From Entomortierella parvispora E1425 (taxonomy: Eukaryota > Fungi > Mortierellomycota), in contig BQFW01000009.1 in the NCBI GenBank assembly GCA_020891255.1, positions 1 through 64,000 on the forward strand: DNA of 64,000 nt, read 5' to 3'. The notes under the pieces were generated by a model. It saw nothing but the letters and a program-made list of their open reading frames with translations. It ran no database searches and was not told where the DNA came from. The stretch's first letter is position 1; every line of letters begins with the position of its first letter. Below are positions 60,801-64,000 of this stretch, piece by piece. Both the position numbers and the translations under genes were made by a program.

Positions 60801-61196
60801 AAGTCTGAAGCAGTCCAAGGTCATCTTGAAGAGACAATGCTTGAGAAGTATTGTACTGGCCATCCTAAGCGGTTCTTTGGAATTGTTATTGCTTATCCAG
60901 CAGAGCTTGCAGGTGTCGATGGTATATTTCCGGTGATCAGACGAAGTGAACGAATTCGTGACCGTGCGGCACAAGGAGGCAGACCCGAGTGCATTTCGCT
61001 GAGGATTGACAAGAACAATATACACGACCTCTTTCCCGAAAATCATATGCAGGCGCTGGATCTACTGAAAGGAGTCAAGCGACAGCTGGACCGGACTGAT
61101 GGGGGCCAAGGCAGCGATTATCCAATGGATGAACCTGTGACAAAGCATCGTCAGCACAAGGATGAAGACGAAGACTCTCATATGGACTCGAACTAA
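57828..61196 (+). CDS. CRN3: Crinkler-family effector (basic leader + Ubl + NTPase + REase), join(57828..58302,58482..58508,58616..59857,59971..61196), ~989 aa
   Basis: LNCIVDGE..FPVDI..SVSKLKEKIK..AADKLTLF..IYIVVQPP header, GVSGCGKT, LLVVDEAQ, and GPDIVF..VFVQLK nuclease motif. In-frame GT-AG splicing; ACTAAC branch point at 59941. Confidence 0.9.
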
Positions 61197-63529
61197 GTTG
61201 CTCTTGTCATGCCATGATATTTTCTGTTGCACAGATGTGCCCCATCCTCCATTCCTTTCTAGTCTTTCTTTGCACAACAGACTTGGAAAAATAAAATGCA
61301 TGGCCTTGATCAATTCCTGTGGACAAAAAACCAAGGACCCCCCTGTTTTGGTCGCATGGACTGATCGTTCTTTCTTCTCTTCTTTCCTCTTCCCTTTTAA
61401 CGATCGTCTCTTCTCTTATCTTTCCTCTTGTTCATCTCCTCTTTTCTCTTCTGGTTACCTCTCTTTTCGAAACTTCCTCTCTTCCTCTCTTATTTATGTT
61501 GCTTCTCTGTTTTTTCCTTCTTGTTCGTAATATTCAAGAGAGACAGGAAGTTCCATTTCACCGCCACAGTAAAAGCTGGTGTGGGGCGGGGCGGGAGAGG
61601 GACAGCGTGTGCCACGTGGACAGTTTGATTGTGTCTTGTTGCTGCATCCATCCATCCGCTCTTTCCGATCAGGATCAGGGATCGGACGCGTTTCCTTCCC
61701 TCCTTTCCTCTTCCGTCGCTTTGCTTTTTGCGTTCGACTCGCTTGTTGAATCATCTTTGCATCACTCTGCGTGCAATCATCACAGGCAGGATAGGACACT
61801 CATTCATGTCATGGCCATAAGTCGTTCTGCGATAAAAGAGAGCCATGCTACGGTGTCTATAACAGAGAGCCATGCTACAGTGTCTATAATCATGAATACG
61901 GCCTGGTCACTTTGCAGAGTCAATCACATTGGACAAGCAGCTCATGGAACCATCCCGTGTACATCACATGTCATGGAGAACACGGCATCTGACGGTGGAG
62001 AATGTAATTGGGACAAAGATCAGTGCAGACTCACTCTCCTTGACCGCTCTCTTGTTGCTCTCCAGGCAAGATTATCTATTTTTCGTTTCAATAACTCATT
62101 AAAACTGAACTACAAGCTACTTCACGCGAGTCGTCAACTGTCACTGACCTTTGATTCTTTGCTATAGTCCTCTCAGTGTTTCCTGAATTCAAGGAAGCTG
62201 TGGACAAAACTGAACTTGGTGAGATATAATGAATCTACACCTGTCTCCCGACTCTGGATCTGTGTCAGGCCTAATACAATGATGACGCTGAGGTCGACGA
62301 TGCTGTAATCTCTGGAGACTCCTCCCCGACTTTGGGGATATGGTAGCATCGCTGGATCCTCTGTATATCAGTCAAGATGGTATATCTACGCTAATCAGTG
62401 ACTGTGGAGGACATGGCATAGCCCTACAGCACGCTATCGACAAAAACTATTTTGCGGCCACTGGCTGTCAGTATCAGCATAACCCAAAGGCTGGATCAAA
62501 TACCATAAAATGTCCAAGTTGAATAAACTTGTGCTAGATTACTAGCTGCATTACAGAAAGGAGCGGACAATATACAAGACAGGGGCAATAAATGGAGTGT
62601 CCTACCCTGCTGCTCTGAGGAGTTGGGGGGCCGTCAATTGGCGAGAGAGATTGTCTGCCACGCGGCTCGCAGGTCAGAGTGAGGGGCTCACTCTTGGAAT
62701 GACCTTAACCAAGCCTGGAGGATCTCCCTTGCATGCTAAAGCCCGCCTTATACAATGTCGTGATCATGGCTCAGTTCCAAAGCGAGGTTCAAGTGAGGAC
62801 AGACGAGGATGAGGTGGTCCAAGCACTGCGAAGCTCACCTTTCAACCGTTAATGCTTCATTCGATCCTCTCTCCACATTGCCCAAATGAATGAAAGACCA
62901 TCCCAACAATAATGCACAGTCGCATGACACGGTGGACCACACATACCCTGAAGTCGAGGCAATCCCACGCGTCGCTCTCTCTCTTTCTTTGCTTCCATTC
63001 ACTCGTTCAATCACTCACCCCGAGCATAATGCACCCACCCAATGCATTCATCCCATCACAATGACAACCGCTGTGTCTCCGGGTGAACCTCCTATGGACG
63101 TTACTGTAGTCACTCTGCGAGGTATGTGGGATGTGCAGTAAGGAAACACATCCTCCTTTTCTACAGCAAAAAGGAGTGGGAATGAAAATGGCGACGTTTG
63201 ATGTTTGTTGTGCTGTACCCTTGGCCCCTTTCCCTCCATTTTTCCACAAACAAAAGAAAGAAAGGAGTGAGAAAATGAATACCCTGTTGCCCCAAACAAG
63301 CCGACAAAACGACGAACATGTTCATTGACCTTGGGCAGCTGCACTGCAGTGCCCTCGGGGAAGGATACTACCCCTCGAAAGGACCCCTTTGATCGAAACA
63401 CAAAAGGCTTTGCTTCCCACTGACCATTTTACCTTCTGCTTCTTCTTTGTCCTTTGTCGAAACACCCTACCCCCACTGCAGCATTTCAAGTTCGACAGGC
63501 AACCCAGCCGTTGCTAGGATCTATCAACC

Positions 63530-63854
63530 ATGCAGATCCTTCGAACCCGCCTTGCCTCCCTCCTATTGGTTGCATGCGCTAGCTCAATTGCAATTCTTCA
63601 GACAGCATCAGGACTTACAGAAGTATCGGAGACAAACGCCCACGCTGAGGCTCAGAGTCTTGACCACCGTGATCATGGCGCTGGACATCTCAAGCACCAT
63701 CAACATCTTGGCCACCTCGGCCATCCCAACCGTCCTCACCACTTCCACGATAAAGAAGGGAAAGGCAAGCAGGATGGTCCTCGCCACAGATCAAAGGACA
63801 AGCACCATCACCTCCATCACAACAGTCGTCACAAGAAGCCAAATGTGTCCACCT
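63530..63854 (+). CDS. First coding exon of a His-rich secreted protein (continues past a GTAAGT donor, probably beyond the window)
   Basis: CAACCATG context, signal-like LASLLLVACASSIAIL, His/Lys-rich tract, donor at 63855. Confidence 0.65.
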
Positions 63855-64000
63855 GTAAGTTAGCTACAGCAATATTTTTTTTGTTGGTCATCCTTGAGAG
63901 AAAGACAATGGCGGAAGAAAAGAGAATGAGAGAATTGAGAGCAGGCCGCGATCTTATAAGAGATCCATGTAGACTCTGAAAGACAGCCTTTCTCTTGCCA

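Noticed and set aside
63061-63582. Spliced upstream ORF (MTTAVSPGE..|GTATGT) overlapping the His-rich gene start
   Set aside because: Splice sites are plausible but there is no independent evidence; it may simply be a 5' UTR intron.
36877-63854. ZIP transporter plus His-rich secreted protein as a zincophore pair
   Set aside because: They are 25 kb apart with unrelated genes between them and no shared promoter motif that I could identify.

Overview
Left end of a fungal chromosome, most likely Mortierellaceae (inferred from the gene families, short GT-AG introns and Crinkler-type genes). It begins with about 15 irregular (CCCTA4-7) telomeric repeats and continues as a repeat- and effector-rich subtelomere. 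Three intact spliced Crinkler (CRN) genes (ubiquitin-like header + P-loop NTPase + restriction-endonuclease-like domain) are present, plus one CRN pseudogene and one possible CRN remnant. Mobile elements: an intact MULE with 273-bp TIRs, a Crypton-like tyrosine recombinase gene, half of a Ty3 chromovirus bracketed by inverted LTRs, a complete 6.9-kb AcademH-type transposon with a 9-bp TSD and a third gene, a non-autonomous MULE with a 10-bp TSD, and LINE and Ty3 remnants. Ordinary genes are few: a frameshifted ZIP transporter, an NmrA-like reductase, an FAD monooxygenase and the start of a His-rich secreted protein. The best candidate for an undescribed system is at the CRN header/toxin junction. 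All three intact CRNs carry a phase-1 intron / 27-30-nt symmetric micro-exon / phase-1 intron cassette there. In CRN1 and CRN3 this non-coding cassette is nearly identical (a 66-bp block with 1 mismatch) while the flanking coding exons are strongly diverged, and the two genes also share a 3' flank motif. This suggests an intron-based domain-swapping cassette. All exon structures were assembled by hand from splice signals and reading frame, and family names come from motif recognition, not database searches.
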